Below the pieces are notes generated by a model. That model did not search any database. It saw nothing but the letters and a program-made list of their open reading frames with translations, and was not told the DNA's origin. Of a stretch of DNA of 64,000 nt, positions 37,431-50,688 are shown in pieces. The stretch comes from Eledone cirrhosa. Its lineage: Eukaryota. Made by a program: the position numbers and the translations under genes. Each line of letters starts with the position of its first letter. Position 1 is the stretch's first letter. Location: NCBI GenBank assembly GCA_964016885.1, contig OZ024743.1, positions 295,120,001 to 295,184,000 on the forward strand, read 5' to 3'.

Positions 37431-39652
37431 AAGTAGTTAGATAATAAATATTTATGTGCCACATCATACACAATAAATTTAATATAGTTTTCATTACAGC
37501 AGCTTGTTTGTATTCCTAGAATTGGTCTCTTTCTCTTTTTCCTTTGCCCGACGTTTCCCCATCTATCTGTTCGCATCTTATTTCTATTACCATAATAGAT
37601 AGAAGTGTCAAAGATTTTCTTAATCTTCACTCGATCCTGAACTTAAAGAGAAAACTCATTTAATCTGCGCACCCACGACACAACGGCCTCCGGTATTTAT
37701 ACAAAACCATCATAATAGGTTTTGGAATCCAAAATGAAGATTCCGATATGGATGACTTTGAGATAAAAATACATTTACCTCAATAGTAATACTTTCTAAT
37801 ATTCACGCAATCCCCAGAATTTTGGGAAGAACCTTTGATCAATTTCATCTAGCACAGAACATAACACATGACAGATGAACTGGTTATGTTAGTTAGCTCA
37901 TAATTAGCTTACTGATTACAAGGAACTACTAATGGCGTGCTTGCAAATAGTCAGCATGTTCAAGGTGTGATGTCACCAGATGAAATACATAAATTGTCTA
38001 TGTATTATGTATAAAAAAAAGTTTAATATCACTAGAGTTTCAGTTTTAATCACATTTCTTAATGGTATTCAACTATATTAATTATGACCGCACACTATTG
38101 ATTACTTTTTACATGTGGATATATTGACAGATTTTTACATGAAGTGTTGTGTGCGGAAGAGTCAACTTAATGTTCTGTTGTCCTGTAGCAGGTGTAACTT
38201 TGCATATTCAGATTGTTTCTCCGATTCTATTGGGCCATGCGAATACGTATATTAAAGAGAGCTATATTCATATTCATGTTGTTTCTGAACCTTCTCTTAT
38301 TTCCATCTCTTTAATTGTCTTACTGATATCCTGATCGTTCAAAATGAATATTATGTTTTTTCAAATCCTCAGCTAACTGTAGCAACATAGCTTTATTTAT
38401 TTTTTTCCCTTTTTCTCTTGCAGCTATTGTTTCCTATTTTTCAATATTTATACGAAACCAAAGTACAGACACGTTTCCCATTTAGCAATTTCCTTTTATG
38501 ATATGAGAAATATATGAAGAACAAAATTGTTATTAACAGACCCACTATAATCCTGCCATTTCTCGTCCACGTTTAATATGTTTCTTTGTCGTGAATGCCA
38601 GTGCAAATGTACCGAATCAGTAATTGGCTTATTGGAATCGCATAACAAATGACATTCTAGTTAAGAAATAAGATATAAAATAAATGTTGAGAATAAATAT
38701 AAATGCGTTGAACCACGACGTTATTTACGATGTCATGATATCTCATCTCGGATAAAGCTGCACCTCCGTTTGTTCAGCAATGTATGCAAATCACTACATC
38801 TAAATAAATGTTCACTCGAAACAAAGCGTAGTGTAAACTGTAACATTTTAAATAAAAAATAGTTGATAGTACAATTACTAACAAAAAATCGTATTACCCT
38901 CAATATCGATGTTACGGTGCGCAAAGAAAAAATACGTAGCTACAAAGAGCCAAGGTGTATCAATCTTGCAACTTTATTTGCTTGACATAGCAAATAGAAT
39001 ATTCATTGAACCAGAGCCTATGGATAATAGAGTCCAAGTTTATTATACCTGATGATATAAACGAGGTTATTGCGGTGATAATTGTTTCTACTTTTGGTAC
39101 AAGGCCAGCAATTATCCCACCCCGTAAGGATGAAAGGCAAAGTTAAAGATAATGCCTTTGAACCTGTGTCTACCTACCTCTACCGACATAAGGCATACCA
39201 ACCGCTACAACAACATATGTTGCATGTAAAGTTCATTACACTTATGATGCTTATCTCGTTTGGTAAAGGCATAATAGTGATTTCATCTAAAATGTTCATA
39301 ATCTAAGTCTATCATTATCCTTTGCTTTTATAAGGAAATATTTAGTTTCACATAAAACTTCTGTGATGACACACACTCAGCGAACAAATATTTCTCTTTC
39401 GTTTCCGCAGGAAATTATTTTATCTACATCAGTAATTCCCGAGTGTAATGCATTTCTGTTGCCATGATTTAGATCAGTATTGACGACCACACACGGGGCA
39501 GTCGTAAATATCATGTATAATATCCGTGAGCTGGTTTTGAATCCGATTTAAAATTACTTTATGATCATCGCTTCCGCTGCTCCTAAATTACCAAACCTTC
39601 TGTGTGAATGGATATGTCCAATTCAATCATTATTGATATATTTCTTCTACAC

Positions 39653-39800
39653 CAGTGGTTCCCAAACTTATTTGGCTGCGGAACCTTTATACGAATTTCT
39701 AAAAATCAAAAGATTCTTATACTATTTTCTAAAAAAATGAAACACTTAACTATATCTTACCGACAACCCCGAACAACTTAAATTTAATAAAAGATTACAT
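39653..39800. mobile_element. Possible hAT (Charlie-like) terminal fragment
   Basis: CAGTGGTTCCCAAACTT.TTTGG.TGCGG start motif. Partner TIR not found. Confidence 0.4.
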
Positions 39801-40444
39801 CGAACCGCAATTGGTTTAGAATGAGAATTCATTTGATAATCATGTTATGCCCTGTGGTTGATCATCTGCCTGGATTTGAATCACAAAGCGGAATTTGTAA
39901 TCAGAACGCAAAATGTCATAAGAGATATCAAATGTCGTCTCGCCCGACGATTTAACAGTTACGCTAATCCATTGCCTTGGATTAGTAAGTTAATTTATCC
40001 ACTACAAGAAAATGGAGGGTAAATTTGACCTCGGTGGTATTTGAACATAGAGTACGGGTGACCGGGACAAATGACACTAGACGTTATATCCTATGACCTA
40101 ACAACTTTGCAGGTTCACTGTGTTCACAACATCAACCACGCTTTATAAAATTAAAATTGACAGTAGATTTCCTTCTGAATCTCATTGATATACTTGCGAT
40201 GTTAACTGATCTAACTGCAGGGATATTTCCATGAAAGATATATAAATGAAACCGAATATATTTGATATTGTATTATAAGAAAGCAAACAATACAGATGGC
40301 TTTAAGTATATATCTGGGAAGATGAGAATAATGTTGATGAAAATATAATGATATCTTAATAAAACATTTTTGTATAATTTATATCAGAACACCCACTCTG
40401 ATACGAACGGTTCATTTTTGTAAATCTCTAATACTTAGGTGTTA

Positions 40445-41270
40445 GGGTAGCTGGATATTTCAGTTAGGGAGCTGACAACAAGTTGACAAAGGTCTATCAC
40501 TGCATTACCTCCTGTGCTTTACATAGTACGTTCCTTAAAATACTTGCTGTACATTGCTGTCTTCTACAAGAGCTGTAGCTTTGCGGCAATTCCAATTCTC
40601 TTTACACAGTCCTCAAAACGATTTGAATCGCCACTGGAATCATTAAACCCTTTTCATCCCTAACAAATTTTCAAACTCCCCCTCAGAGGCTCATACTTCT
40701 GTATGTGTTCATACTCTTTATTCTTCACTCTGCTATCTCCTTGAGATATTCATCATTTGGGCATATCTTTTGTTCTGTTCACAAGAAAAATGTCTTGCAG
40801 ACTTGCCCCAGTCATTCTCTCGCATTAAATGGTGAAGTCCTACAAAAGCTTAAATTCGTCATCCTCTAATAGCCCTTCTAGTCTCTGTTCACACCATTTA
40901 GCTACACTAATATTATGCAAGTACCTGGCAGCATTATCATGTCATCGTTTGTACTCTCACTGTGTGAACTTAATAAATTCGCTTAGAATATGGCTGACCG
41001 ATCCTTTTTGCCTGACCGTTCCTTTTTGCCTGACATTCTACATAAGGGTGATTTTATCGATTTGCCAACATTACGTTTAATGTAGTTAGTTCAAAGATCC
41101 TGTTCCTTTCAGATTGCCATTTTTAAGCCAGGTTGATCTCGTTTCCTAATCAATGCCTATTTTATCTCTAGTGTACTGCCCATGTACAAGTTTATCCTAC
41201 AATTCCATTTCAAGTTCTTTTTACACTCTCTTCTTCCATTCATTAAGTGCTACCGCATCGGCAGATTTCA
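40445..41270 (-). pseudogene. Old R4/Dong-type LINE 3' fossil (restriction-like endonuclease end)
   Basis: Minus strand GDSRVKNKEYEHIQKYEPL...LQLL.KTA...ILRNVL resembles the C-termini of the two R4 elements downstream. Confidence 0.6.
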
Positions 41271-41274
41271 GTAT

Positions 41275-42038
41275 GTCTTTGCAGTACTACCGAGGGGCAC
41301 TGTCAGTTCGAGATAAAGCCTACAGGCAGGGAAGTCATATCAAATGGACCTGCCCGAGATGTGCGCAGAGCGACGAAACCGTTCTGCACGTATTTGTCCA
41401 GTTGTCCGTACATTATGGTCTTGTGGAGTTATGTCAAACCGTTGTTCTCGCATGTAGAAGGGCTCCGACTATCGACCGAGTACATAATGAAGATCGCCCC
41501 GCCGTTTTCTTTTAGCAGGGAAGGGTAGGCAAATATCCAAAGCCTGGCAGCGGTAATGAAAGTGGTGACGTGGTGGACCAGATTGAAATTTTGATGACAT
41601 ACACTTTTCACTTCGCTTAATCCCTCATTGACGTCTTCAAGTTTCACTTGGAAAAGAAGGTGAGGGTGGAGAGAGAAGTGCTGTCCCCATTACATTTTCT
41701 AAAACGTGGGTGTGGGTGGCCTGAATGAACTCTGTGAATGAGCCTAATCTGAGTATGCGCCTGTAGGCTGGTTAAACTTGAAAATGATAGGGGTGCCCAT
41801 CCCCAGTGCCCTCGAAGCGTCGAGTGGTTCCTGAGGTGGGGTACTTGAGTCACCCCTGGGTGGTTCTCCCCCTATTGGAGAATTTATTTTATATTTTTAT
41901 ATATTCTTATATTTTCAGATATTTTTATATATATCTTATTGATAATTGTTTTTATGTATTTTTGACTAGATTTCATTGTAAACGCCATCTGACTCTGTAT
42001 TTGCATTGTCCCTTATATGTCGGTCCTTGCTATTATTA
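41275..42038 (+). mobile_element. 3' fragment of the Tx1/L1-type LINE family seen at 50689-55103
   Basis: TCPRCAQSDETVLH zinc knuckle and 3' UTR colinear with 54338-55100. Ends in (ATT)n. Confidence 0.85.
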
Positions 42039-42253
42039 GAGGGCGATGGATTGGCAGTATCGGTAGAGGGTCGGACGCCATGCTTTGACGCGTAGAGTTA
42101 CGGCCCTTGCGATTCTGAGTTCAAATCCCGCCGAGGTTAACTTTGCCTTGCATCCTTACGGGGTCGATAAAATAAAATACCAGTAATACATTGAGTAATT
42201 GTTGGCCTTGTGCCAAAAGTAGAAACAATTATTATTATTATTATTGTTATTAT
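42039..42253 (+). mobile_element. Octopus-type tRNA-derived SINE with an (ATT)n tail
   Basis: TGGCAG A-box, GAGTTCAAATCCC B-box, GGGGTCGATAAAATAA..TACCAGT core. Confidence 0.88.
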
Positions 42254-45200
42254 TCTTTGAGTCTCAGTCATTGATGTTAGTTAACTGGAAAGTTTGTTGA
42301 AATGAATATCAAGCCACTACCTGCAGCCTCAGATATTCAGGACGTATCGGAGGGTTCTTGCTGTTCCCAGCAAGCATGCCTTTTGAAGTGTTCTAAAATG
42401 CGGGGCGGGGCCAATTTTCTTTTACCATCCCTGGAAACCTTTTGAGATAGTACCTAGTGCGCCTATGACAATGGGGACCACTTTGACTTCATGGCAGTTC
42501 CAAATCCTTTTTACCTCCCACTTTAAGTCCTGGTATCGGTTAATTTTCTCCCTATCCTTCTCTTGCACTCTCGTGTCGAATGGGCAGGCCACATCCACAA
42601 TCAGGTACGATCTTTTTTCCATGTCCAAAACCACCAGGTCAGGTCTATTGTGTTCCAGTTTCTTGTCCGTCTGTATCCTAAAATCCCACAGCACCTTCAC
42701 CTGATCGTTTTCTATAACCGACTCATACCACATCTCAGAATGTGGTAAATTGTTTACTTTGCATAGGTGCCAGTGGATCACCCTGCCCATCACATCATGT
42801 CTCCAGCCTTTATAGTGAGTCTGGGCTAGGTGTTTACACTCGGATACAATGTGAGCCACAGTCTCCTCTCTCTCTCCACAGATCCTGCACAGTGGGCTAG
42901 ACTCCTCCTTGTAAATATGGTGTTTCAGCCATTTCGTTTTGAGCGCCTGCTCTTGCGCAGCCATTAGCATTCCGTCTGTAGCCTATTTAAGGTCTCTTTT
43001 CAACCAGTTCCATGTCTGGGGATCTCTGAATTCAGTTCTCTCAAAGAAGGTACTATGCAGGGAATTTTCATGAAGACTGCTCTTTCTCCTTGTTGTTATT
43101 TCCTCCTTGGACATGCCTGGTCTATTGTCCTCTCCTTCAGTACAATTCTGAGCATTGGCTCCTTACTATCGGTCACGTATTTGTGTCGGTTGTTTTTCTT
43201 CATCTGAACACAGTCCTCTATGCTGATAAGACCTCTTTCACCTTCAGATCTCCTTAAGTAGAGTCTATCGACACCACTCCTCTTGTGGAACATGTTGTAG
43301 ATAGACAATAGCTTCATAGTCTTCCTATCCATTTCTTTTTGTTCAGCAACATTCCATTTCAGAATTCCCGCACTGTACCTAATAATAGACACAGCTCGGG
43401 AATTTACTGAACTTATGGCATTCCTGCTGTTCAGATGTGATTTTAATACGCATCTTACTCTCGGAATCTATTCAGATCTTATCATTTCCTTCATTGTTTT
43501 GTTCTTGATGTCATCAGCCTCCAGAACACCCAAATACTTGCATCCTTCTTCAGTGTCAATTTCCTTTATCATCTCACCTGTTGGTACCTGTATTCCGTTG
43601 CTTCTGCTCAATTTACCCCTCTTCATCACAAGGACTACACATTTACTAATACCAAATTGCATACATATATCATTGCTGAAAACACGGACAGTGTCAACAA
43701 GCATATCCAACTAATTCTCACTCTTCCCGAAGAGCTTAAGATCGTCCACGAAGAGAAGGTGATTGAAGGTAAGCTCTCCCTTTCCCAACTTGTATCCTGC
43801 TCTCATTTTTGGCAGTATAATGGTCAGGGGCATCAGGGCAAGGAGAAACAACAGAGAGGACAGACTATCTCCCTGGAAGATACCTCTCTTGATCTTCACG
43901 CCGTCCAAGGATTCTCCAGTTGATGTTAACTCTGTTTTACAGGACTTAATACGTTTGCTCAACAACTGTCTGATGTTATCTGCCACCTTGAAGATCTCTA
44001 GGCTTTTGGTGATCCAAGAATGAGGCACCATATTAAATGCCTTTTTGTAGTCTATCCATCCCATGGCAAGACCAGTGTGTCTCCTCTTGCAGTTTCTCAT
44101 TACCATCTTATCAATAAGTAACTGGTCCTTTGTACAACGGGACTTCTTTCGGCATCCTTTCTGTTCGTCCGGTAACAAGCTGTTTGTGTGGAGGTGATGG
44201 TAGATTTTCTCAGACATAATGCTTGTCAACAGTTTCCACATTACAGACAGACATGTGATAGGTCTATAGTTGGTAACATCCTTACCCTTGATTCTGTCTT
44301 TCATTACCAGAACTCTAATACCTTTTGTCAACCACTCTGGTACCTCACTTGACATCAAGCAGTCATTGAACATGGTTGTCTGTTTCGGGTGGAGGGATGT
44401 TATATTTTTAATTCAATGCCCCTACACACCATCTGGGCCTGGTGATTTCCAGTTGGTTAGTTTTTTGGCCTGCCACTTAAGAGTTTCAACTGTGATACTC
44501 AAATCAGTTTGTTGGTGTGCCTGTTCACTAATCTCATTTCGTACTGTCTATGTCCACACGGCCTGGTCATTATGTTTAACATCCTGTTCCCATATTCCTC
44601 TCCAGAATGTCTTAGTTTGTTCCGCCTCAGGGATCAAGTCGTTGCCTCTTTCTTTCCCGTCAAGCTGTCCAAACAACATCTTCTGGTTGTTGTCGAACAT
44701 GCGGTTCTGTCTATACTGACTGACTCTGCTCTCGTATCGCCTAATTTTTGCACACTTTGATACAATGCGTTGCTTCAGTTCCTCTATAATAATATTTAGC
44801 TTTTTCCTCCTAGTTTTGTACTACATTTCCAGTCTATTTTTAGTGCCTATGTTTTTTAGTGTTCCATTCAGTATGGACTCAAGCTTTCCAATGTCATTTC
44901 TCATTTCCCTGATTTTACCATTCAGTACTTTCTTCCGCCAAGGTTCTGATCTTTCTTGTTTGTTGTTTCCTCTCGCTTTTATGCCAAGTAATTTCCTCAC
45001 CGCATTTGCTGTTGCTTTGAGGATATTCTTGCACTGGTGAAGGCTCCTCGCTTCAAGGTATGGGATGACTTTGTTTACCTTAGCTGTTGTTTCTTTTAAC
45101 TTTTTCCTGTCTACAAATCTTAGGTTCATAGGTTTCCCATTATCATTGTTCATTTCATCTAGCACTAAGTTTAGGATATCAACCAAATCTTGTCCTAGCT

Positions 45201-45775
45201 CGTCAGCATTCATCTCCTCAATGGCCGTATCTCTGTTCCAGGTATTATTTATTTCAGCATTCAGATCATTGTCTGCCTCGGATGGTTCCTCCGTTCTCTC
45301 GACCTCTTCACCTTCATTTCCCACTGGCTCGTTTGCCTGGCATACTCCACTCTCCATTTCCAACCTAATCTCACTGATCAGTTCCTCCAGTCCCAGCTCG
45401 CTTATCCACCCATTAGTTCTTGTTACCCGAGCCTGCCCGGCCAATTTTTGTTCATCTAATTTAAATAGACCAATCTCGTTCCAGATGTTATGCATCCGTT
45501 TCCTATAGCCTTTCTCCTTGGGGTTACTCTTCAGGTAACATTGCATAACAGTTCTATTCAATTCTTTCGTCCAGTTGGTTCTGGTCCCTTTCCTTCTTCT
45601 TCTTCCTCCGACCGACACCAGCAGTATTTGGTTGACAGCCAGGTCCCTGCTGCTGAGCCAGGGAGCACCTGCTGGGTGAGAGTCTGTCACATGACATTCC
45701 AGTCTCCACTTCACCGTTATTCGAACTGTTTAGTTTCGACATTGAACACTCTTATCGAGGATTGGTGAATGTATG
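42254..45775 (-). mobile_element. R4/Dong-clade non-LTR retrotransposon, near full length, disrupted
   Basis: NYRPITCL, WIDYKKAF, GIFQGDSLS, LFVDDLKL (RT); CRIC..ETVAHIVSEC (CCHC); RPDLV..IVDVACP..KINRY (RLE). 3' end abuts (TAA)n. Confidence 0.93.
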
Positions 45776-45782
45776 GTTACAT

Positions 45783-46063
45783 AAAAACCGGTGATTTGAT
45801 CACCCCGGTGATGATTTTAGCGTGGCACTATCACGCTGTAGACGAACATAAATAAACAAACAAACAAACAGGTAAAAAACCCTAAAAATAAGCATAAGTT
45901 TCATTGTAATGTAATGTTTGAATGCCTGACTTAGTTTTTCTGCTTGTCTGTCTGTCTGTTTTTTTAATTTTATTTGTTCATCTCTTTACGTTTTTCGTTG
46001 CTGCTGTGCTGTTTGATTTTTTATTTTTTTATTTTTTGACCGGGTCATCAAATCAGTCTTTTT
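45783..46063. repeat. Old imperfect palindrome (possible MITE)
   Basis: AAAAACCGGTGATTTGATCACCCCGG vs the reverse complement of CCGGGTCATCAAATCAGTCTTTTT. Inner (AAAC)n and (TGTC)n arms are also complementary. Confidence 0.5.
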
Positions 46064-46115
46064 ATATCTTTTGATGCCTTCCTCATTTAGTGGGAATACT
46101 ACGATGCCTGTCTTA

Positions 46116-46445
46116 GGAGGAGGTAGTGGGAAAGAATAGCGGCGGTAGCGATAATGAGGCAGTGGTGGTGGTTGTGATGTGCTAGTAGTACTTAGCAGGA
46201 GGTAGTGGGAGAGAATAGCGGCGGTAGCGATAATGAGGCAGTGGTGGTGGTGGTGGTGGTGGTGATGTGCTAGTAGTACTTAGAAGGAGGTATTGGGAGA
46301 GAATAGCGGCGGTAGCGATAATGAGGCAGTGGTGGTGGTGGTGTTGGTGATGTGCTAGTAGTACTTAGCAGGAGGTAGTGGGAGAGAATAGCGGCGGTAG
46401 CGATAATTAGGCATTGGTGGTAGTGATGTGATCGTAGTACTGTAG
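46116..46445. repeat. Four-unit minisatellite (about 80-90 bp) with variable (GGT)n
   Basis: GGAGGTAGTGGGAGAGAATAGCGGCGGTAGCGATAATGAGGCAGTGGTGG..GATGTGCTAGTAGTACTTAG repeated. Confidence 0.9.
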
Positions 46446-46838
46446 TGATGGTGTTGAAGTAGAAATAGAAGTTGAGGTAACTTGACTAGAGTTTTTGGCG
46501 TGGTAGTGGTGATGGTTGGGGTACTGGTGTTGGTGGCGATGGTGGTGTTGGTGGTGAAATTATTTGCCTGTCTGTCCACTTAGCCATTTTTCTCTTTTTC
46601 AACTATAACATTTCTGATCCAAAATTAAATATTAAATATTGGGGCCCTATGGCGTAATGTGATGCGTTGTCGCTTGCTGAAGGTCAAAACTGTAATCTTA
46701 TATCCATTTGTAATAAGAATTATTCTATCAGAGTTGTTTTAATTAAGTAAAAATCAAAAACTTACGGGAGCGATTCCATAACGATATATATCCACCATGT
46801 GCGTTTTCTTCCCAATTATTATTATTATTATTATTATT

Positions 46839-49800
46839 TGCATTTAACTTGCTTTATGTTCATACGAGTTATCACCAAGTCACAACCAGTGACCTCAAGA
46901 GACAACAAGGTCCGCCATGTTCAAGAAAGAACATACATATTCACACATGCATCCTTAGTGTTTAGACTTGTGATGTACTTATATTGACAGGATCTTCCTT
47001 AGTATATGGGCAGTTCCCATTAGTACTATCTTTTGTATTTCTCCTATACGCGGGTTTCCTGGGATTTGCGATAAGTAGTCGTTAGACCCCTTAGGTATCA
47101 TTCCCAGAGCGCCTACAACCACTGGTATTGTTTTAGTTCTCAATTTCCACATATTTCCAATTTCTATCTCCAGGTCCTTATACTTGCTCAATTTTTCAAA
47201 TGTTTTTATAGATACATTCTTGTCTATTGGAACAGACATATCAATTAGCAGGCATACCCTCCTTTGAAAGTCCTTCAATATTATATCAGGTCTATTTGCA
47301 TCTATTTTTCGGTCTGTTTGGATGCTAAAGTTCCACAAGATTGAGATGTGATCTTTTTCAAGTATGGGAGGTGGTTGATGCTCCCACCAATTCTTTTGAT
47401 GGGGCAGGTCAAAATGCTTACACATTATCCAATGTATGTATTGTGCAGCTCTGTCATGCCTGTTTAGGTATTCGGTTGGAGCTATAGGACTGCACATTGA
47501 AATTATATGGTCAATGGTCTCTGGTTGTTTTTTGCATACACGGCATAATGGGCTGCACCCATTTTTTATTATGTTGGCTTGGTAATTTTTTGTTGGCAGA
47601 CACTGATCTTGTGCCGATATAATCAGTCCTTCAGTCTCCGATTTCAGTCCAGAGGATGCCAACCACTGATGGGTTAAAGTTTTGTCAACATCAGGATTGT
47701 TAGCTCGCTCTGGGTATTTTCCATACAGAGGCTTTTCTTGCCATTTCTTAGCCAGTTTCTGTAGCAGTTCTTTCTTTGCAGTTACTTTTACCTGCTTTGC
47801 TTTTTCTGTCTTTTCCATTTCAGCAGTAAATGGGACTTCTGAAATTTGTAGTCCATTACTGTATCTTTGTGCATCTTTTGTAATGGAATATGATCTTTTG
47901 GTGCTTTCGTGTTTCAAAACGAGTTTGATCATCCAATCATGTGATTCCCTTAGATATGTGGATAATCCAATTGTTGCAGTTTTCAACGCAATGTCTAACT
48001 GGATTAACCCACGTCCTCCTTCTTTCCTAGGGAGATATATTCTATATATGTCTGCCTTAGGGTGATGCATTCTGTGCATGGTTAAGAATTTTCGGATTTT
48101 TGTATCGAGCCTACGGATCTCTGTGCTTGACCAGTTGATGACATTGTAACTGTAGGTTACTACTGGTATGGCAAGCGTGTTTATGGCATCGATCCGATTC
48201 CTTGCATTCAATTCCGTTCTTAAGATTGCTCTGACTCTGCGGTAACATTCCTTCCTTATCCTTTCCCTCATTGTCGAGTGCTTGATTCCGTCTCCTTCAC
48301 AAACACCTAGATATTTGTAAGTTTGTTCTTGATCAAGCTCTCTTATCACGTTCCCCCGATCAAGATTAATGTCTGAACTCTTCAGCAGCTTTCCTCTGGT
48401 GAACGTTGCTTTGGCGCATTTATGCACTCCAAACTCCATTTTAATGTCATCACTGAACTGCTTCACAGTGGATAATAGCCCTTGCAATAGTTCATCATTT
48501 TTTGCAAATCGTTTCAGGTCATCCATGTAGAACAGGTGATTAATGGTTTTGTCATAGACTCTATATCCATGTTTTGTATCATTGAGCATTTTACTTAATG
48601 GTATAAGTGCGATGCAGAATAAAAGAGGTGATAAAGAGTCACCCTGAAAAATTCCACAATTAATATTAACTTCTCCAGCTTCCAGTGATTTTGTTTCACT
48701 ATTCAAAAGGAGTGTCGTTCTCCATGTCTTCATACTGAATGACAAAAACCTCCTGACCACGGGGGATATTTTGAAAATCTCTAAACATTTTTCAATCCAA
48801 CTGTGTGGCAAACTATCGAATGCTTTTTTATAATCTATCCAAGCAATCGATAGATTTTTGTGTCTATTATGACAATCTTCCAGTATAATTTTGTTAACCA
48901 GAAGCTGATCCTTACAGCCATATGAGCCTCGTTTACACCCTTTCTGCTCAATGGGAAATAGATCATTTGTTATCAGGTGGTCATATGTGTATTCAGTTAG
49001 GACTGATGTTAAAATTTTATACATTGTGGTCAAGCAGGTTATCGGTCTGTAATTTTTGGGATTGTTTGTCTCATCATTCTTCGGTAGCAGGAATGTAATG
49101 CCGTTAACTAGCCATGATGGTATCTTTTCTGGCTCCTTAACTATTTCATTGTAAAGTTGGGCTAACAGCTCATGAGACTCTGTGAAGGCATTTATCCAAA
49201 AGTTTTGTATTTTGTCTTTTCCTGGGGATTTCCATTTGCTGGTTTTTCTTAGAGCCAAGCGCAACTGTTCAACTGTTATATTTTCCCATGTTTGTTCTTC
49301 AAGGTGAGCTGTTTCTTTCATTTGTCTGTCTATCCATGGGGCATGTATGTTATGAACTTTTTCTTCGGCCCAGATCTTTTCCCAGAATTCTTGCACTTCC
49401 TCCTTGGGTGGTATTGATTTAGCAGTTATTGTTGACTTACCAATTTTTCTGTAGAAGTTTCTTTGGTTGTTTTGAACATATTATTGTCCTTATAGAATCT
49501 AGATCGTTTTTCAAAGCGCCTTATACGAGCAGCTTTGGACGACACTTTTTGCTTGATTGTTTCTATCAGCATGTCTATGTCACATGTTGATCTTATACTG
49601 TACTTTTTTTTCAATTTTCTAAATTTAGTTTGTTTAACATGTTCACCTACTTTATAGTTTGTTAACATTTCTATGTCAGATCGGAGAAGGTTTATTTGGC
49701 GATTGATGTTATCTTGCCAAGTAGATTTCTTGTGGGAATTCCTTTGTTTTTTCATCTTCACTCCACATAAGTGAGTGGTGACTTTAGCCGATGCATAATA

Positions 49801-50630
49801 GAGATGATTTAAGTCAGTAATGTTAAGTTTGTTTGTGATGATAATGTTTTTGAGAATTATGTTAGTCTTGTGTATTATCTTTTGGTTCTGTTTGGAGTTC
49901 TGGATCTTAGGGAGGGTGTCTCGTTCCCCCATGTCAGATTCTTTCATTTTCATCCATTCGATCATAATTTCATCCTTCAAGTTGGCAAGTTCATTCTCAT
50001 TCATTTACGATCTCATTATTTTCATTTGGAGTTTCATCCTGAGCATGCACTCCCTCCACTTTTTCGCTCCTTTCTTTAATTTGTTCTGTTGCCAGTGATT
50101 CCGCCCCAACTCTGGGATTCGAAGTGTTACAGTTTACCTCGTTTTCACTGACACATGCTTCATTTTCCCTTCGCTGACTTTGTGCTACTAGCTTGATCTG
50201 ATCAATTTCTATATCACTTAGTAACTTTTTTCTTACAATATTTCTTCGTATATTGGCTAGTTTGTTACTGTCAATATAGCCTCTGTTTTCGGGATGTTTC
50301 TTTTTCCAGTTGATATATGTTTGCTCTGTATTCGATGTATTTGATGGGTAGTACATGGCAGTGTAGAAAGCCTCAAGGACTTCTTTATTATCTTCCCTTG
50401 ACCATTTTTCTCTCTTTTTCTTTGGATTTCTTGGTGGTGAGCATGGAGGGCCAACAGTAGGAGTATTCTGGTTATGGGAGGTCTCCAGCTCCGAAGTGAT
50501 GGGAAGGTTTGAACCATTAGCTGATTTTTCGACCCCAGTCTGGTTCCTCTCTGAGGGACGCGGCCCTTTTTTACCCGGGTGACGGCCGATCCGGTATGAG
50601 ATTTCATCATTAGACATCTACTTTATTTTG

Positions 50631-50632
<2 letters not shown>
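46839..50632 (-). mobile_element. Full-length R4/Dong-clade LINE within a (TAA)n microsatellite
   Basis: Single ancestral ORF split by 2 frameshifts (50617-49997, 50004-49426, 49396-46979). (TAA)n at 46815-46838 and 50633-50688. Confidence 0.95.
46979..49396 (-). CDS. RT + CCHC zinc finger + restriction-like endonuclease (open 805-aa C-terminal part of a frameshifted ORF)
   Basis: KSPGKD, NYRPITCL, IDYKKAFDS, GIFQGDSLSP, FYMDDLK, YKYLG; CRVC..ETIDHIISMC; RPDII..LIDMSVP..KLSKY. Confidence 0.9.
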   Translation of the reverse strand: MQEFWEKIWAEEKVHNIHAPWIDRQMKETAHLEEQTWENITVEQLRLALRKTSKWKSPGKDKIQNFWINAFTESHELLAQLYNEIVKEPEKIPSWLVNGITFLLPKNDETNNPKNYRPITCLTTMYKILTSVLTEYTYDHLITNDLFPIEQKGCKRGSYGCKDQLLVNKIILEDCHNRHKNLSIAWIDYKKAFDSLPHSWIEKCLEIFKISPVVRRFLSFSMKTWRTTLLLNSETKSLEAGEVNINCGIFQGDSLSPLLFCIALIPLSKMLNDTKHGYRVYDKTINHLFYMDDLKRFAKNDELLQGLLSTVKQFSDDIKMEFGVHKCAKATFTRGKLLKSSDINLDRGNVIRELDQEQTYKYLGVCEGDGIKHSTMRERIRKECYRRVRAILRTELNARNRIDAINTLAIPVVTYSYNVINWSSTEIRRLDTKIRKFLTMHRMHHPKADIYRIYLPRKEGGRGLIQLDIALKTATIGLSTYLRESHDWMIKLVLKHESTKRSYSITKDAQRYSNGLQISEVPFTAEMEKTEKAKQVKVTAKKELLQKLAKKWQEKPLYGKYPERANNPDVDKTLTHQWLASSGLKSETEGLIISAQDQCLPTKNYQANIIKNGCSPLCRVCKKQPETIDHIISMCSPIAPTEYLNRHDRAAQYIHWIMCKHFDLPHQKNWWEHQPPPILEKDHISILWNFSIQTDRKIDANRPDIILKDFQRRVCLLIDMSVPIDKNVSIKTFEKLSKYKDLEIEIGNMWKLRTKTIPVVVGALGMIPKGSNDYLSQIPGNPRIGEIQKIVLMGTAHILRKILSI

Positions 50633-50683
<51 letters not shown>

Positions 50684-50688
50684 ATTAT

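Noticed and set aside
42039-42135. tRNA gene
   Set aside because: A/B boxes are present but there is no cloverleaf, and the sequence continues into the SINE core.
46116-46445. Repeat-spacer-like array (CRISPR)
   Set aside because: The apparent spacers are just variable (GGT)n; eukaryotic context, no cas genes. It is a minisatellite.
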